A DNA stretch of 64,000 nt from an uncultured Candidatus Rokubacteria bacterium (GCA_963771355.1 CAVYTA010000006.1:1120001-1184000), one strand, 5' to 3'; positions 9,366-19,818 are shown, numbered from the stretch's first letter. Numbers and translations: made by a program. The notes: a model not told the origin generated them from the sequence alone.

Positions 9366-10247
9366 CTAGAAGACGATTTCGGTCCCGACACCTTGGTGGG
9401 TGAAGACCTCGAGGAGGACGGCGTGCGGTACCCGCCCGTCGATGATGTGGGCCTTGGCGGCGCCACCCTCCAGCGCGCGTAGCGCGGACTCCACCTTGGG
9501 CAGCATCCCGCCGTCGATCACGTTGGTCTTGATCAGACGCTCGGCATCGCGCTTGGTCAGCCGCGAGAGGAGCCGGCCGTCCTCGCCGTTGATCCCCTGC
9601 ACGTCGGTGAGGTGGATCAGCTTCTCCGCGCGCAGGGCCGCCGCCACCTCGCCCGCCACCAGGTCGGCGTTGACGTTATAGCTCTCGCCGCGCGCGCCCA
9701 CTCCCACCGGCGCGATCACCGGGATGAGCCCGTTGTCCTCGAACAGCCGGATGACGTCGGCGTTGACGGTTTCCACCTCGCCCACCAGCCCGATGTCCAC
9801 GGTGGACCCGTCGGGCATGCGGTGCAGCCGCTTCCGCGCGCGGAGCAGGTTGGCGTCCTTGCCGGAGAGGCCCACCGCCCGGCCGCCGTGGACATTGATG
9901 AGCCCCACGATCTCCTTGTTGAGCTTGCCCACCAGCACCATCTCCACCAGCTCCATGGTCTCCGGGTCGGTGACGCGCATGCCGCCCACGAAGTGCGGCT
10001 CCTTGCCCAGCTTCTTCATGAGGGCGCCGATCTGGGGCCCGCCGCCGTGGACGATGACGGGCCGGATGCCGATGAGGCGGAGCAGCAGGACGTCGCGGGC
10101 GAACTGCTCCTTGAGGTCCGCCTTCTCCATCGCGGAGCCCCCGTACTTGATCACGAGGGTCTTGCCCTGGAAGGCCTGCAGGTACGGCAGGGCCTCCAGC
10201 AGTACCTCCGCCCGGTGAATCATCGCCTGGATCTCCGGAGTGGCCAT
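9366..10247 (-). CDS. argB: Acetylglutamate kinase
   Basis: VIKYGGSAM, VHGGGPQI, NVNAD, GGMLPKV; GGAG SD before ATG 10247. Confidence 0.96.
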   Translation of the reverse strand: MATPEIQAMIHRAEVLLEALPYLQAFQGKTLVIKYGGSAMEKADLKEQFARDVLLLRLIGIRPVIVHGGGPQIGALMKKLGKEPHFVGGMRVTDPETMELVEMVLVGKLNKEIVGLINVHGGRAVGLSGKDANLLRARKRLHRMPDGSTVDIGLVGEVETVNADVIRLFEDNGLIPVIAPVGVGARGESYNVNADLVAGEVAAALRAEKLIHLTDVQGINGEDGRLLSRLTKRDAERLIKTNVIDGGMLPKVESALRALEGGAAKAHIIDGRVPHAVLLEVFTHQGVGTEIVF

Positions 10248-10261
10248 GTCTCCCCGCGAGC

Positions 10262-11617
10262 CTAGAGGATGTACCGGGAGAGGTCCTCGTCCTTCAGGAC
10301 CTCGGCCAGCCGCGCATGCACGTATTCGGCGTCGATCACGATCTCCCGGCCCCCCAGCGAGGGGGCATCGAACGACACCTCGTCCAGGAGCTTCTCCATG
10401 ATGGTGTAGAGCCGACGGGCCCCGATGTTCTCGGCCCGCTGATTCACCTGGGAGGCGATCTCCGCCACCGCCTCCACCGCCTCCGGCCTGAACTGCAGCC
10501 GGACTCCCTCGGTCAGCAGGAGCTCCCGGTACTGCCGGATGAGGGCGTTCTCGGGCTCGCTCAGGATGCGGACAAAGTCCTCCCGCGTCAAGGGCTCCAG
10601 TTCCACCCGGATGGGGAATCGGCCCTGGAGCTCGGGGATGAGATCGGAAGGCTTGGCCACGTGGAAGGCGCCGGCCGCGATGAAGAGGATGTGGTCCGTC
10701 CGTACCGTGCCGTACTTGGTGGTCACCGCCGACCCTTCCACGATGGGCAGGAGGTCGCGCTGCACCCCTTCCCGCGAGACATCGGGCCCATGGCCGCCCT
10801 CCCGCCCTGCGACCTTGTCGAGCTCGTCCAGGAAGATGATCCCGGCGTTCTCCACCCGCTGGACAGCCTGGCTCACCGCCTCGTCCATGTCCACCAGCTT
10901 CTGGGCCTCCTCCTGCGCGAGGAGCCGCCGCGCCTCCCCCACCTTCACGCGGCGTCTCCGCGTGCGGCCCGGCATCACCTGGGAGAGCATGTTCTGGAGG
11001 TTGATGCCCACCTCCTCCATGCCCTGGCCGCCGAACATCTGGAGCATGGGCGGGGTCTGGCTGGCCAGGTCGAGCTCGATCACCCGCTCCTCGAGCTTGC
11101 CGTCGCGGAGCTGGGCGCGCAGCTTCTCGCGGGTGGCGTCGCGGGAGGCGTGCGACGTGTCGATCTCCTCCAGCGTGCTCGAGGTGAAAGCCTCGCCGGG
11201 CCGGCGGGGAAGCAGGAGGTCGAGGAGCCGCTCCTCGGCGAGGGCCTCGCCCCGCTCGCGCACCTCGGCCGCCATCTCGGCCTTCACCATGTTCACGGAC
11301 AGCTCGGTGAGGTCGCGGATCATGGACTCCACGTCGCGTCCCACGTACCCCACCTCCGTGTACTTGGAGGCTTCCACCTTGAGGAACGGGGCCTGGGCGA
11401 GGCGGGCGAGCCGGCGCGCGATCTCCGTCTTCCCCACCCCGGTGGGGCCGATCATGATGATGTTCTTCGGCGCCACCTCGTCGCGCAGCTCGGGCGGGAG
11501 ATTCTGGCGCCGCCAGCGGTTGCGGAGCGCGATGGCCACCGCCCGCTTGGCGCGATGCTGGCCCACGATGTAGCGGTCCAGCTCGGTGACGATCTGGGCC
11601 GGGGTGAGCGCGCTCAC
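10262..11617 (-). CDS. hslU: ATP-dependent protease ATPase subunit HslU
   Basis: [39 protein letters not shown]-terminal DLSRYIL. Confidence 0.98.
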   Translation of the reverse strand: MSALTPAQIVTELDRYIVGQHRAKRAVAIALRNRWRRQNLPPELRDEVAPKNIIMIGPTGVGKTEIARRLARLAQAPFLKVEASKYTEVGYVGRDVESMIRDLTELSVNMVKAEMAAEVRERGEALAEERLLDLLLPRRPGEAFTSSTLEEIDTSHASRDATREKLRAQLRDGKLEERVIELDLASQTPPMLQMFGGQGMEEVGINLQNMLSQVMPGRTRRRRVKVGEARRLLAQEEAQKLVDMDEAVSQAVQRVENAGIIFLDELDKVAGREGGHGPDVSREGVQRDLLPIVEGSAVTTKYGTVRTDHILFIAAGAFHVAKPSDLIPELQGRFPIRVELEPLTREDFVRILSEPENALIRQYRELLLTEGVRLQFRPEAVEAVAEIASQVNQRAENIGARRLYTIMEKLLDEVSFDAPSLGGREIVIDAEYVHARLAEVLKDEDLSRYIL

Positions 11618-12189
11618 GGCAAGGCCTCCACCGTGATGTGATCGTTGGTGTACACGCAGATGCCCGCCGCGATGCGGAGCGCCTGCTCCGCGATGGCCTT
11701 CGCGTCCAGGCTGGAGTGGGCCACCAGCGCGCGCGCCGCCGCCAGCGCGAAGGGCCCGCCCGACCCGATTCCAATCAAGCCGTCGTCCGGCTCGATGACA
11801 TCGCCGGTGCCGGAGACGATGAAGGACACCTCCGCGTCGGCCACCGCCAGGAGGGCTTCCAGGCGCCGGAGGGCACGGTCCGTGCGCCACTCCTTCGCCA
11901 GCTCCACCGCGGCACGCGGCAGGTTCCCCCGATACTCGTCCAGCTTGGCCTCGAAGCGCGCGAACAGGGTGAAGGCGTCGGCCGCCGCGCCCGCGAATCC
12001 GGCGACCACGCGGCCGTGATGGAGCTTGCGTACCTTGCGCGCGGCGGACTTCACCACGGTCTGGCCGATGGAGACCTGACCGTCCCCCGCGATGGCCACC
12101 GTGCCGCCATGGCGCACCGACATCACGGTGGTGGCGCGGAACACGGGCGCCCGCTCGCTCAGGTCGTCCCCCATCACGTGGCTCTTCAT
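11614..12189 (-). CDS. hslV: ATP-dependent protease subunit HslV (with propeptide)
   Basis: TTV nucleophile, [36 protein letters not shown] before 12189. Confidence 0.97.
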   Translation of the reverse strand: MKSHVMGDDLSERAPVFRATTVMSVRHGGTVAIAGDGQVSIGQTVVKSAARKVRKLHHGRVVAGFAGAAADAFTLFARFEAKLDEYRGNLPRAAVELAKEWRTDRALRRLEALLAVADAEVSFIVSGTGDVIEPDDGLIGIGSGGPFALAAARALVAHSSLDAKAIAEQALRIAAGICVYTNDHITVEALP

Positions 12190-12217
12190 CTCAGCGCCTC
12201 CCTCACATCGCCCCCGG

Positions 12218-13141
12218 TCACATCGCTCGGGGATGCGCCGAGTCGTACACCTTCATCAGGTGCTCGGGGCTCACGTGCGTGTAGCGCTGCGTGGTGGAGA
12301 GGCGGCGGTGGCCGAGCAGCTCCTGGATGAGGCGCAGGTCGGCCCCCTCCCCGAGCAGGTGGGTGGCGAAGGTGTGGCGCAGCGTATGCGGCGTCACGCG
12401 ACGGTCGATGCCGGCCGCGCGCGCGCGCCGGCCCACGATCCGGTGCACGCTCCGGGTGGTCAGGCGCTTCCCGCGTGGATTGCGGAACAGTGGCCCCGCG
12501 GCGGCGCCGCGGCCTCCGAGATAATCGTCGAGGGCGGCCAGGGCCGCGTCGCCCACCGGGACCATACGCTCGCGATTGCCCTTTCCGAGTACGCGGACCG
12601 TTCCGTGGCGGCGGTCGACATCCTCGAGATCGAGGCCACAGCACTCCGCCACCCGGAGCCCAGAGGCATAGAGTAGCTCGAGGAGCGCCCGGTCGCGCCG
12701 GCCCGTGTCGCTGGCCTCGAAGGTCGCGTCGAGGAGATCCTTCGACTCGTCCTTGGGCAGGAAGGAGGGCAGCCGCCGGCCCAGGCGCGGCGTGCGCAGG
12801 TGGCGCGCCGGATTCGCCGGCAGCACGCCCCGCCGGGTGAGGAAGCGAAAGCAGCTCCGCACTGCCGCCAGCTTGCGCGCGATGGAGCTCTTGGCGAGTC
12901 CGCGGCCGTGCAGCCATGCGAGGTAGGCGCGGAGCGCGCGCGCGTCGACGTCGTGCCACCCGGCCACTCTCGCCATCCGAAGAAAGCGGCGGAACTCGGC
13001 GAGATCCGTCGCGTAGCCGCGGAGGGTGTGCGCGGACGCGCCCCGCTCCCCGGCCAGGTACTGGAGGAAGGCCGGGACGGGCGAGTCGTCCGGGCGCGGC
13101 GATCCGGGTTCCTGGTCGGGCATCGGCGGCCGGTCCGTCAC
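12218..13141 (-). CDS. xerC: Tyrosine recombinase XerC
   Basis: [41 protein letters not shown]; classic topA-xerC-hslVU context. Start may be 13123. Confidence 0.92.
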   Translation of the reverse strand: MTDRPPMPDQEPGSPRPDDSPVPAFLQYLAGERGASAHTLRGYATDLAEFRRFLRMARVAGWHDVDARALRAYLAWLHGRGLAKSSIARKLAAVRSCFRFLTRRGVLPANPARHLRTPRLGRRLPSFLPKDESKDLLDATFEASDTGRRDRALLELLYASGLRVAECCGLDLEDVDRRHGTVRVLGKGNRERMVPVGDAALAALDDYLGGRGAAAGPLFRNPRGKRLTTRSVHRIVGRRARAAGIDRRVTPHTLRHTFATHLLGEGADLRLIQELLGHRRLSTTQRYTHVSPEHLMKVYDSAHPRAM

Positions 13142-15384
13142 GCGACGGTGGGCGCGACGTCTTCCTTGTAGCCGCAGCCGTCCTTCACGCACGCACGCGT
13201 GATCTTACCGCCGCGACCCACGCGCTCGGTGACGAACGGCGCGCCGCACTGGGGGCAGGTCTGCGCCACCGGGCGCGACCACACCGAGAAGGTGCACTGG
13301 GGGTAGTTCGCGCACGCGTAGAAGGTCTTGCCCCGCTTGCTGCGCCGCTCCACCAGCTGGCCGCCATCCTGGGGACAGGGGATGCCGAGCGGCACCGGCT
13401 TGGTGGTCTTGCACTCGGGATAGCCCGAGCAGGCTATGAACTTCCCGAAGCGGCCGTGCTTGATCACCATCGCCTTGCTGCAGGTCGGGCAGAGCTCGTC
13501 GGTGGGCTCGTCGGCGGGCCGCTCGCGGCCGCCCAGGTCCTTGGTGAACTTGCACTCCGGATAGGTCGAGCACGCGAGGAACTTCCCGAAGCGCCCCCAC
13601 TTCTCCACCAGGGGCTTGCCGCAGTCGGGACAGGGCTGACCGGCGTCCACCCCCTCCTTGAAGTTCTCCATCTTCTTGCCGGCCTTGGTGAGGTCCTTGG
13701 CGAACTCCTTGTAGAAGGCGGCCACCGTCTCCTGCCAGTCCGCATCGCCTTCCTCGATCTTGTCGAGCGACTCCTCGAGCTGGGCGGTGAACTCGACGTC
13801 CATCACCTCGGGGAAATGCGGGACCAGCATGTCGGTGACCTGGATCCCGAGCTCGGTGGGAAAGAGCGTGCCCTTGTCCCGGCGCACATACTCGCGATCC
13901 TGGATGGTGCCGAGGATCTGCGCGTAGGTCGAGGGGCGCCCGATCCCGAGATCCTCCAGCGTCTTCACCAGGGAGGCCTCGGTGTAGCGCGGCGGCGGCT
14001 GGGTGAAATGCTGCTTGGGGTCCAGCGCGCGCAGCCGCAGCGTCTCGCCCTCCACCAGGGGCGGCACCACCGCCTCCTGCTCCTCCTCCACCGGCTGCTC
14101 GGATTCCTCGCGCGACTCCACGTAGACCGCGGTGAAGCCGGCGAACTTGAGCGTCGAGCCCTGGGCGCGGAAGAGGCAGTCGCCCGCGGTGATGTCCGCG
14201 GCCACGGTATCGTACACCGCGGGCAGCATCTGGCTGGCGAGGAACCGCTCCCAGATGATCCGGTACAGCGCGAGCTGGTCCTTGGTCAGGTGCGCGGCGA
14301 GGGCCTTGGGCTCCCGGGCCACCGCGGAGGGGCGAATGGCCTCGTGCGCGTCCTGCGCGCTCTTCTTCGACTTGTAGGTGGGGGGGCTGTCGGGAAGATA
14401 CTCGCGCCCCAGCCGCTGTGCCACCCACTCGCTCGCCTCCGCCTGGGCCTCCGAGGACACGCGCACCGCGTCGGTCCGCATGTAGGTGATGAGGCCCACC
14501 TGCCCCTCGTCGCCCAGCTCGATGCCCTCGTACAGCTGCTGGGCGAGCATCATGGTCTTCTTGGCGGAGAAGTGGAGCTTCCGGCTGGCGTCCTGCTGGA
14601 GCGTGGAGGTGATGAAGGGCGCGGCGGGGTTGCGCCGACGCTCCCCGCGGGTCACCGACTTCACTCGCCACTCGGCGCCGTCCAGCGCGGTCACCACCGC
14701 CATCGTGGAGGCTTCGTCGGGGAGACTGGCCTTCTCGCCGCGCACTTCCCGCAGCGTGGCGGTGAACTCGGGCGGGTGCTGGCCGAGGAGCCGCGCGTGC
14801 AGCGACCAGTACTCCACCGGCAGGAAGGCGGCGATCTCCCGCTCGCGCTCGGTGATGAGCCGCACCGCCACCGACTGCACGCGCCCGGCGGACAACCCGC
14901 GGCGGATCTTGTCCCAGAGCAGCGGGGACAGCTTGTAGCCCACCAGCCGGTCGAGGACGCGGCGGGCCTGCTGGGCGTCCACCTTGTTCTTGTCGATCTT
15001 GCCCGGATTCAGGAAGGCGGCCTTCACCGCCCGCTCGGTGATCTCGTTGAAGAGGATGCGGTGGGTGTGCTTCCGGTCGATCCCCAGCTCCTGGGCAAGG
15101 TGCCAGCCGATGGCCTCGCCCTCGCGATCCGGGTCGGTGGCGATGTAGAGGGACGTGACCTTCTCGGCGGCCTTCTTGAGCTCGTCGAGGACCTTTTTCT
15201 TCGCGGGCAGCACCCGGTACTCGGGCTTGAATCCCTTCTTCTCGTTCACGCCGAGACTGGACTTGGGCAGATCTCGGATGTGGCCCATCGAGGCTTTGAC
15301 GATGTAGCCGGAGTCCAGATACTTCTGGATCGTCTTGACCTTGGTGGGCGACTCCACGACGACGAGCGAGCGTGTCTTGGCCAA
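13138..15384 (-). CDS. topA: DNA topoisomerase I
   Basis: VESPTK TOPRIM, ATDPDREGEAI, SAGRVQS, LITYMRTD, C-terminal zinc ribbons; TTG start. Confidence 0.98.
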   Translation of the reverse strand: MAKTRSLVVVESPTKVKTIQKYLDSGYIVKASMGHIRDLPKSSLGVNEKKGFKPEYRVLPAKKKVLDELKKAAEKVTSLYIATDPDREGEAIGWHLAQELGIDRKHTHRILFNEITERAVKAAFLNPGKIDKNKVDAQQARRVLDRLVGYKLSPLLWDKIRRGLSAGRVQSVAVRLITEREREIAAFLPVEYWSLHARLLGQHPPEFTATLREVRGEKASLPDEASTMAVVTALDGAEWRVKSVTRGERRRNPAAPFITSTLQQDASRKLHFSAKKTMMLAQQLYEGIELGDEGQVGLITYMRTDAVRVSSEAQAEASEWVAQRLGREYLPDSPPTYKSKKSAQDAHEAIRPSAVAREPKALAAHLTKDQLALYRIIWERFLASQMLPAVYDTVAADITAGDCLFRAQGSTLKFAGFTAVYVESREESEQPVEEEQEAVVPPLVEGETLRLRALDPKQHFTQPPPRYTEASLVKTLEDLGIGRPSTYAQILGTIQDREYVRRDKGTLFPTELGIQVTDMLVPHFPEVMDVEFTAQLEESLDKIEEGDADWQETVAAFYKEFAKDLTKAGKKMENFKEGVDAGQPCPDCGKPLVEKWGRFGKFLACSTYPECKFTKDLGGRERPADEPTDELCPTCSKAMVIKHGRFGKFIACSGYPECKTTKPVPLGIPCPQDGGQLVERRSKRGKTFYACANYPQCTFSVWSRPVAQTCPQCGAPFVTERVGRGGKITRACVKDGCGYKEDVAPTVA

Positions 15385-15402
15385 CGGGCTCCTCTCAGCG
15401 GC

Positions 15403-16296
15403 TCAGCGGTGCGCGGCCCGGACAAACCGCTTCCCGGGCAGCTGCCGCACGCGTCCCTCGAGCTCGAGGGCGAGCAGGCGTGCGGCGGCGCGGGAAGCGG
15501 TGAGGCCGCTCCGCCCGATCAGCTCTTCCATGGTCACCGGCTCCGTGCCGATGAGGGCGAGCAGTGGATCCGTGTCCTGGGGATCGCTCGTACCGGCGGA
15601 TGGCGCGGGCGGTCCCGCCGCCACGCAGGCGCGCCAGCGCGCGGGCAGGAGCGCCACCACGTCCTCCCAGCTTTCGACGAGGGCCGCTCCGTCTCGGATG
15701 AGGCGATGGGTGCCGCGGCTCGAGGGCGCGCCCGCCCGCCCCGGGACCGCCATGACCTCGCGGCCGAGATCACCGGCATGGCCGGCGGTGATCAGGGTGC
15801 CGCTCTGCTCCGCCGCCTCCACCACCACCACGCCCAGCGCCAGCCCGGCGATGACCCGGTTCCGCACCGGAAAATGATGAGCCAGCGCGGGGGCGCCGGG
15901 CGCGAACTGCGACAGGAGCGCCCCCCGCTCGGCGATGCGGGCGGCGAGGCGCCGGTTCTCCGGCGGGTACACGACGTCCACTCCGCAGCCGAGCACCGCG
16001 ATGGTGCGGCCGCCGGCCTCGAGCGCGCCGCGGTGCGCCGCGCTGTCGATGCCGCGGGCCAGCCCGCTCACCACGGTGATCGCGCGCGCCGCGAGATCCC
16101 CCGCCAGCCGCTCCGCCAGCTCGAGGCCGAACGGTGTGGCGCGACGCGAGCCGACGATGGCGATCGCCAGCGCGTCCTCGGCGACCAGGCGGCCGCGGAC
16201 CCACAGGCGGTCCGGCGGAGCAGGAATCTCGCGAAGATGGGCGGGAAACTCGGCGTCGCCGAAGGCGAGCTGCCTGATGGGCGCCGGGCGGGCCAC
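15403..16296 (-). CDS. dprA: DNA-processing protein DprA (short form)
   Basis: AIVGSRRAT, VSGLARGID, FPVRNRVIAGL, VEAAEQSGTLITA, C-terminal winged helix; start uncertain (16296, 16338 or 16347). Confidence 0.92.
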   Translation of the reverse strand: MARPAPIRQLAFGDAEFPAHLREIPAPPDRLWVRGRLVAEDALAIAIVGSRRATPFGLELAERLAGDLAARAITVVSGLARGIDSAAHRGALEAGGRTIAVLGCGVDVVYPPENRRLAARIAERGALLSQFAPGAPALAHHFPVRNRVIAGLALGVVVVEAAEQSGTLITAGHAGDLGREVMAVPGRAGAPSSRGTHRLIRDGAALVESWEDVVALLPARWRACVAAGPPAPSAGTSDPQDTDPLLALIGTEPVTMEELIGRSGLTASRAAARLLALELEGRVRQLPGKRFVRAAHR

Positions 16297-16406
16297 GCGC
16301 CAGCCCCGCGCGTCCTCGCGCCAGCGCTCACGCCGCATAACTTCCATGTCTTCAATTAGATACATATCGTCTGTACTCGTCGCGCAACGCGTCGAGAACG
16401 GGCTCA

Positions 16407-16434
16407 AGTATACCGAAGGCCGAGAGCCGGTCAA
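16407..16434 (-). promoter_or_regulatory. Sigma70 promoter upstream of dprA-topA
   Basis: TTGACC (16434-16429), 16 bp, TATACT (16412-16407). Confidence 0.6.
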
Positions 16435-16456
16435 GAAAGCGGGCCCGGCCCGCTGC

Positions 16457-17467
16457 CTAGCGCCCGCTGCGAGCGGCGCTGTCCCGGCTGCCGAGGAGGG
16501 AGCGCGCCTGGCCGGCGGCGGCGCTACCCGAGTGGTCGCGCACCACCTGCTCCCAGGCCGTGCGGGCGGCCGCCCCGTCGCCCAGCGCCCGGTGGCAGAG
16601 CCCGGTCTTGAGCAGCGCGTCGGCCACCTGGGGGCTCTTTGGATAGCCGTCGAGCACTCGCTTGAGCTCGACCAGGGACTGGCGGTAGTCGCGCTGCTGA
16701 TAGTAGGCCTCGCCGATCCAGAGCTGCGCGGACGATGCCAGCGCGTGATCGGGGAAGCGCGCGATGAGATCCGTCAGCTCGAGGACCGCCTGAGCGGGCT
16801 CCCGCGCGCGGAGATTGACCATGGCGGCGCTGAAGAGCTGCTCGGCCGACTGTGCGGAGCGCGCGGCGCTCCCCGGCTCGGACGGGGCCGCGGGCGCGGG
16901 TGCGGGCCGCAGGGAAGGCGTGGACGCGGCCGGCGGAGTGACGGACGCGCGGGGCGACGCGGGCGGCGCCCCGGGAGGCTTCGCCGCGGCTCGGGGCGGA
17001 ATCACCGGCACGGTGTGAGGCGGAGTCACGGACGGGCTCGGGGGCGGACTTGGCGGCGTCACCGGCGCCGGCGCGGGCGGAGCGGCCGCCGTTGTCGTGT
17101 CCCTGGTCGGTGTCACGGGCATGGCCACCGGGGCTGGAGGCGGCGCGGCGGCCCGCTCGCGCAGCTCGGTGCGGGCCTCCTCCAGCAGCACGCGCGCCCG
17201 CGCCAGCTCCACGCCGGCCGCACGCGTGTTCTCCGCCGCGACGGCTTCGAGGGCGCGCAGCTGGCTCTGGACGCGGGCGAGGTCGCGCGCAGTGTTCTCC
17301 TCGTGCTGCTTCACCTCGTCCATCTGGATTCTGAGCGCACCGGTCTCGACGAGCGCGCGGCGTCCCGCCTCATCGCTGGCGCAAGCGCCGAGGCCGAGCG
17401 CGAGCGCGACGCCGGCCGCCAGCCACACGCCGAGCCGGACACAGGAGGGGAGCTGGGATGCGATCAC
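16457..17467 (-). CDS. CpoB/YbgF-like TPR lipoprotein with coiled coil and Pro/Ala-rich linker
   Basis: Lipobox LGAC, helical coiled segment, long P/A-rich linker, TPR domain (AQLWIGEAYYQQRDY, YPKSPQVADALLK). Confidence 0.8.
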   Translation of the reverse strand: MIASQLPSCVRLGVWLAAGVALALGLGACASDEAGRRALVETGALRIQMDEVKQHEENTARDLARVQSQLRALEAVAAENTRAAGVELARARVLLEEARTELRERAAAPPPAPVAMPVTPTRDTTTAAAPPAPAPVTPPSPPPSPSVTPPHTVPVIPPRAAAKPPGAPPASPRASVTPPAASTPSLRPAPAPAAPSEPGSAARSAQSAEQLFSAAMVNLRAREPAQAVLELTDLIARFPDHALASSAQLWIGEAYYQQRDYRQSLVELKRVLDGYPKSPQVADALLKTGLCHRALGDGAAARTAWEQVVRDHSGSAAAGQARSLLGSRDSAARSGR

Positions 17468-17474
17468 GATGGGG

Positions 17475-17546
17475 ACGGTAGCACCCGCAGAAAAGAAAAG
17501 TCAAATTTCCAAGGACTTTACACCTCCAGGACCCAAGCGATAGCAT
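17475..17546. promoter_or_regulatory. Back-to-back sigma70 promoters for the cpoB-like gene (-) and yeeE (+), both leaderless
   Basis: Minus: TTGACT (17504-17499), 18 bp, TGc-TACCGT (17480-17475), 7 nt, GTG. Plus: TTTACA (17517-22), 18 bp, TAGCAT (17541-46), 6 nt, ATG. Confidence 0.6.
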
Positions 17547-17552
17547 GCGCGA

Positions 17553-18554
17553 ATGGACGATTCCGCCGCAGCCTTCTGGCTCTCCGCCGTGCTGACCGGG
17601 CTGGCCTTTGGCTATGTGATCCAGCGCGGGGGCTTCTGCTTGACCCGCGCCATCTCGAACCTCGCCCTCATGGGAGACGCGGGCATCCTGCGTGCGTATG
17701 TGCTGGCCATGCTGATCGCCGTGGTGGGTGTGCATGTCCTCAGCGGCCTGGGGTTGGTGGAGGTGTCGGTCCGGCCCTTTCGCTGGCTCGCCAATATCGT
17801 GGGCGGGCTCCTCTTCGGCGTGGGCATGATCCTGGCGGGCGGGTGCTCGGGGAGCACGTGGTACCGCGTGGGCGAGGGCGCCATCGGCGCCTGGGTGATT
17901 CTTCTCGGGTTCGCCATGGGTGCCACCACCGCGAATGTCGGCGCGCTGGCGCCGCTGCGTGGCTGGCTGCAGAGCCGGGAATTCGAGTTGCGTCTGGGCG
18001 ACGCGCCCCCCACCCTGCCGTCGGCGCTCGGCGTACCGCCCTGGCTGGTCATCGCCGTCCTCGGCGCCGCCGCGCTGATCTGGCTCGCGCGCGGACCCCG
18101 CGAGCCCGAGCATGGGAAATGGGCCTGGCCCCTCACGGGCGCGGCGGTAGGACTCTTGATCGCCGCGGGCTGGTGGACGTCCACGCTCGGGGGGCGCCCC
18201 GTCGGCATCACGTTCGCGGTGAACACCGGGCATGCCCTCACCTATCCGCTGGTGGGCTATCCCAACCAGGTCACGTGGAGCATGGTGCTGCTGGTCGGCA
18301 TGCCGCTCGGTGCCTTTCTCGGCGCGTGGCCGGCGGGCGATTTCCGCTGGAAGCTTCCGCCCGGCTGGAGCCTGGTGAAGATCTTCGGCGGCGGGCTGCT
18401 GATGGGCGCCTCGGCGCTGGTCGCCGACGGCTGCAATATCACCCAGGGTCTCACCAACTCGGCCACGCTCAGCATGGGCAGCCTGGCCGCCTTCGTCTCC
18501 ATGTGCGCGGGCGGGTGGCTGACGCTCTGGGCCCTGTATCTGCGGAAGGGCTGA
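17553..18554 (+). CDS. YeeE/YedE family sulfur (thiosulfate-type) transporter
   Basis: QRGGFC, FGVGMILAGGC, ADGCNI motifs (three conserved Cys); multi-TM; only plus-strand gene. Confidence 0.88.
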   Translation: MDDSAAAFWLSAVLTGLAFGYVIQRGGFCLTRAISNLALMGDAGILRAYVLAMLIAVVGVHVLSGLGLVEVSVRPFRWLANIVGGLLFGVGMILAGGCSGSTWYRVGEGAIGAWVILLGFAMGATTANVGALAPLRGWLQSREFELRLGDAPPTLPSALGVPPWLVIAVLGAAALIWLARGPREPEHGKWAWPLTGAAVGLLIAAGWWTSTLGGRPVGITFAVNTGHALTYPLVGYPNQVTWSMVLLVGMPLGAFLGAWPAGDFRWKLPPGWSLVKIFGGGLLMGASALVADGCNITQGLTNSATLSMGSLAAFVSMCAGGWLTLWALYLRKG

Positions 18555-18557
18555 GCC

Positions 18558-19781
18558 TCAGGATTCCCGCAGCAGCATGACGGGCACCGTCTCGCCGGCG
18601 GCCACCGTGGTGTCACCGGGCACGATCGCCAGTCCGTCCGCGGCGGACATGGAGCGGAGGATGCCGGAGCCCTGCCCCCCGGTGAGCTGCGCGCCGAGCC
18701 CGCCGTTCTCCTCCGTGAGCGTGACGCGGAGATAGCCGCGGCGCCGCCCGGGATTGGCGATGGGCGCCAGCGCGCGCGCGGGGCGCACGGGCCGTCCGAG
18801 CCGGGCATGGCCGCCCATGCGGCGGATGGCGGGACGCACGAAGAGCTCGAAGGTCACCATGGCCGAGACGGGATTGCCCGGGAGCCCGAACACCGGCAAG
18901 GTCCCCTTGGGCGGCGAGGCCAGCGTGGCGAAGGTGATGGGCTTGCCCGGCCGCATGTCCACCAGCCAGAGATGCTGCTCGGCACCCAGCGCGGCCAGCG
19001 CGGCCTTGACGTGATCGTGCTCGCCCACCGAGACGCCCGCGGAGGAGATGAGGAGGTCGGCGCCCCGCCCCCAGGCGAGCCGAGCCTCGATCTCGTCCTG
19101 CCGGTCACGGGCCACCCCGAGATTGAGCGGCTCGGCGCCCGCCGAGCGGACCTGGGCCATCAGCGAGTAGGTGTTGGAGTTCGGGATCTGGCCCGGGCCC
19201 ACGGAGGCGCCGAGATCCGCCACCTCGTCCCCGGTGGAGAGAATCCCCACCACCGGCCGCCGGATCACCGCGACCCGACTCCGCCCGACCGTTGCGAGCA
19301 CGCCGAGGTCGGCGGGCGAGAGCGCGCGGCCGGGCTCGAAGAGCCGGTCGCCCGGTCGCATGTCCTCGCCGCGCGGCCGCACGTAGTCGCCGGGGGCGAG
19401 TGGCCGTGACACGCGTACCACCGTCCCCTCTACCGTCACGTCCTCCTGCGGGATCACCGCGTCCGCCCCCGCCGGCAGCGGCGCGCCGGTGAAGATGCGA
19501 AAGGTCTCGCCCGGATTCAGAGGGCGCTCGGCCAGCCGGCCGGCGGGCACATGGCCGGCCAGGGTGAGGCGCGCGGGCCGGCCGGCGTCGGCGCCCTGAG
19601 TGTCGGCGCTGCGCAGCGCATAGCCGTCCATGGAGGAGTTCGGCCAGGGGGGGATGTCGCGCTCGGCCACCACCGGCTCGGCGAGCACGCGGTCCAGCGA
19701 GTCGAGCAGGGCCACGCGCTCGTCACCCAGGACGGTGATGCGGGAGAGGATGCGCTCGAGGGCCTCTTCGACCGGGATCAC
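18558..19781 (-). CDS. moeA: Molybdopterin molybdotransferase
   Basis: SSMDGYA, IFTGAPLPAGADAVIPQE, STGDE, MRPGKP, GLPGNPVS. Confidence 0.96.
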   Translation of the reverse strand: MIPVEEALERILSRITVLGDERVALLDSLDRVLAEPVVAERDIPPWPNSSMDGYALRSADTQGADAGRPARLTLAGHVPAGRLAERPLNPGETFRIFTGAPLPAGADAVIPQEDVTVEGTVVRVSRPLAPGDYVRPRGEDMRPGDRLFEPGRALSPADLGVLATVGRSRVAVIRRPVVGILSTGDEVADLGASVGPGQIPNSNTYSLMAQVRSAGAEPLNLGVARDRQDEIEARLAWGRGADLLISSAGVSVGEHDHVKAALAALGAEQHLWLVDMRPGKPITFATLASPPKGTLPVFGLPGNPVSAMVTFELFVRPAIRRMGGHARLGRPVRPARALAPIANPGRRRGYLRVTLTEENGGLGAQLTGGQGSGILRSMSAADGLAIVPGDTTVAAGETVPVMLLRES

Positions 19782-19787
19782 GCCGCC

Positions 19788-19793
19788 ATTCTA
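19788..19793 (-). promoter_or_regulatory. Putative -10 element 6 nt before moeA GTG (leaderless)
   Basis: TAGAAT-GGCGGC-GTG on minus strand, no SD. Confidence 0.55.
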
Positions 19794-19818
19794 CCCCGGC
19801 GGCGGGCCCGGGCTCGGC

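Noticed and set aside
12130..12189. N-terminal extension on HslV
   Set aside because: Propeptides before the catalytic Thr are known in several HslV/CodW proteins.
12218..13141. Tyrosine recombinase as sign of a mobile element
   Set aside because: Housekeeping XerC in the conserved dprA-topA-xerC-hslVU context.
16340..16400. AT-rich patch upstream of dprA as a LexA or other operator
   Set aside because: No convincing palindrome; explained as promoter/leader sequence.
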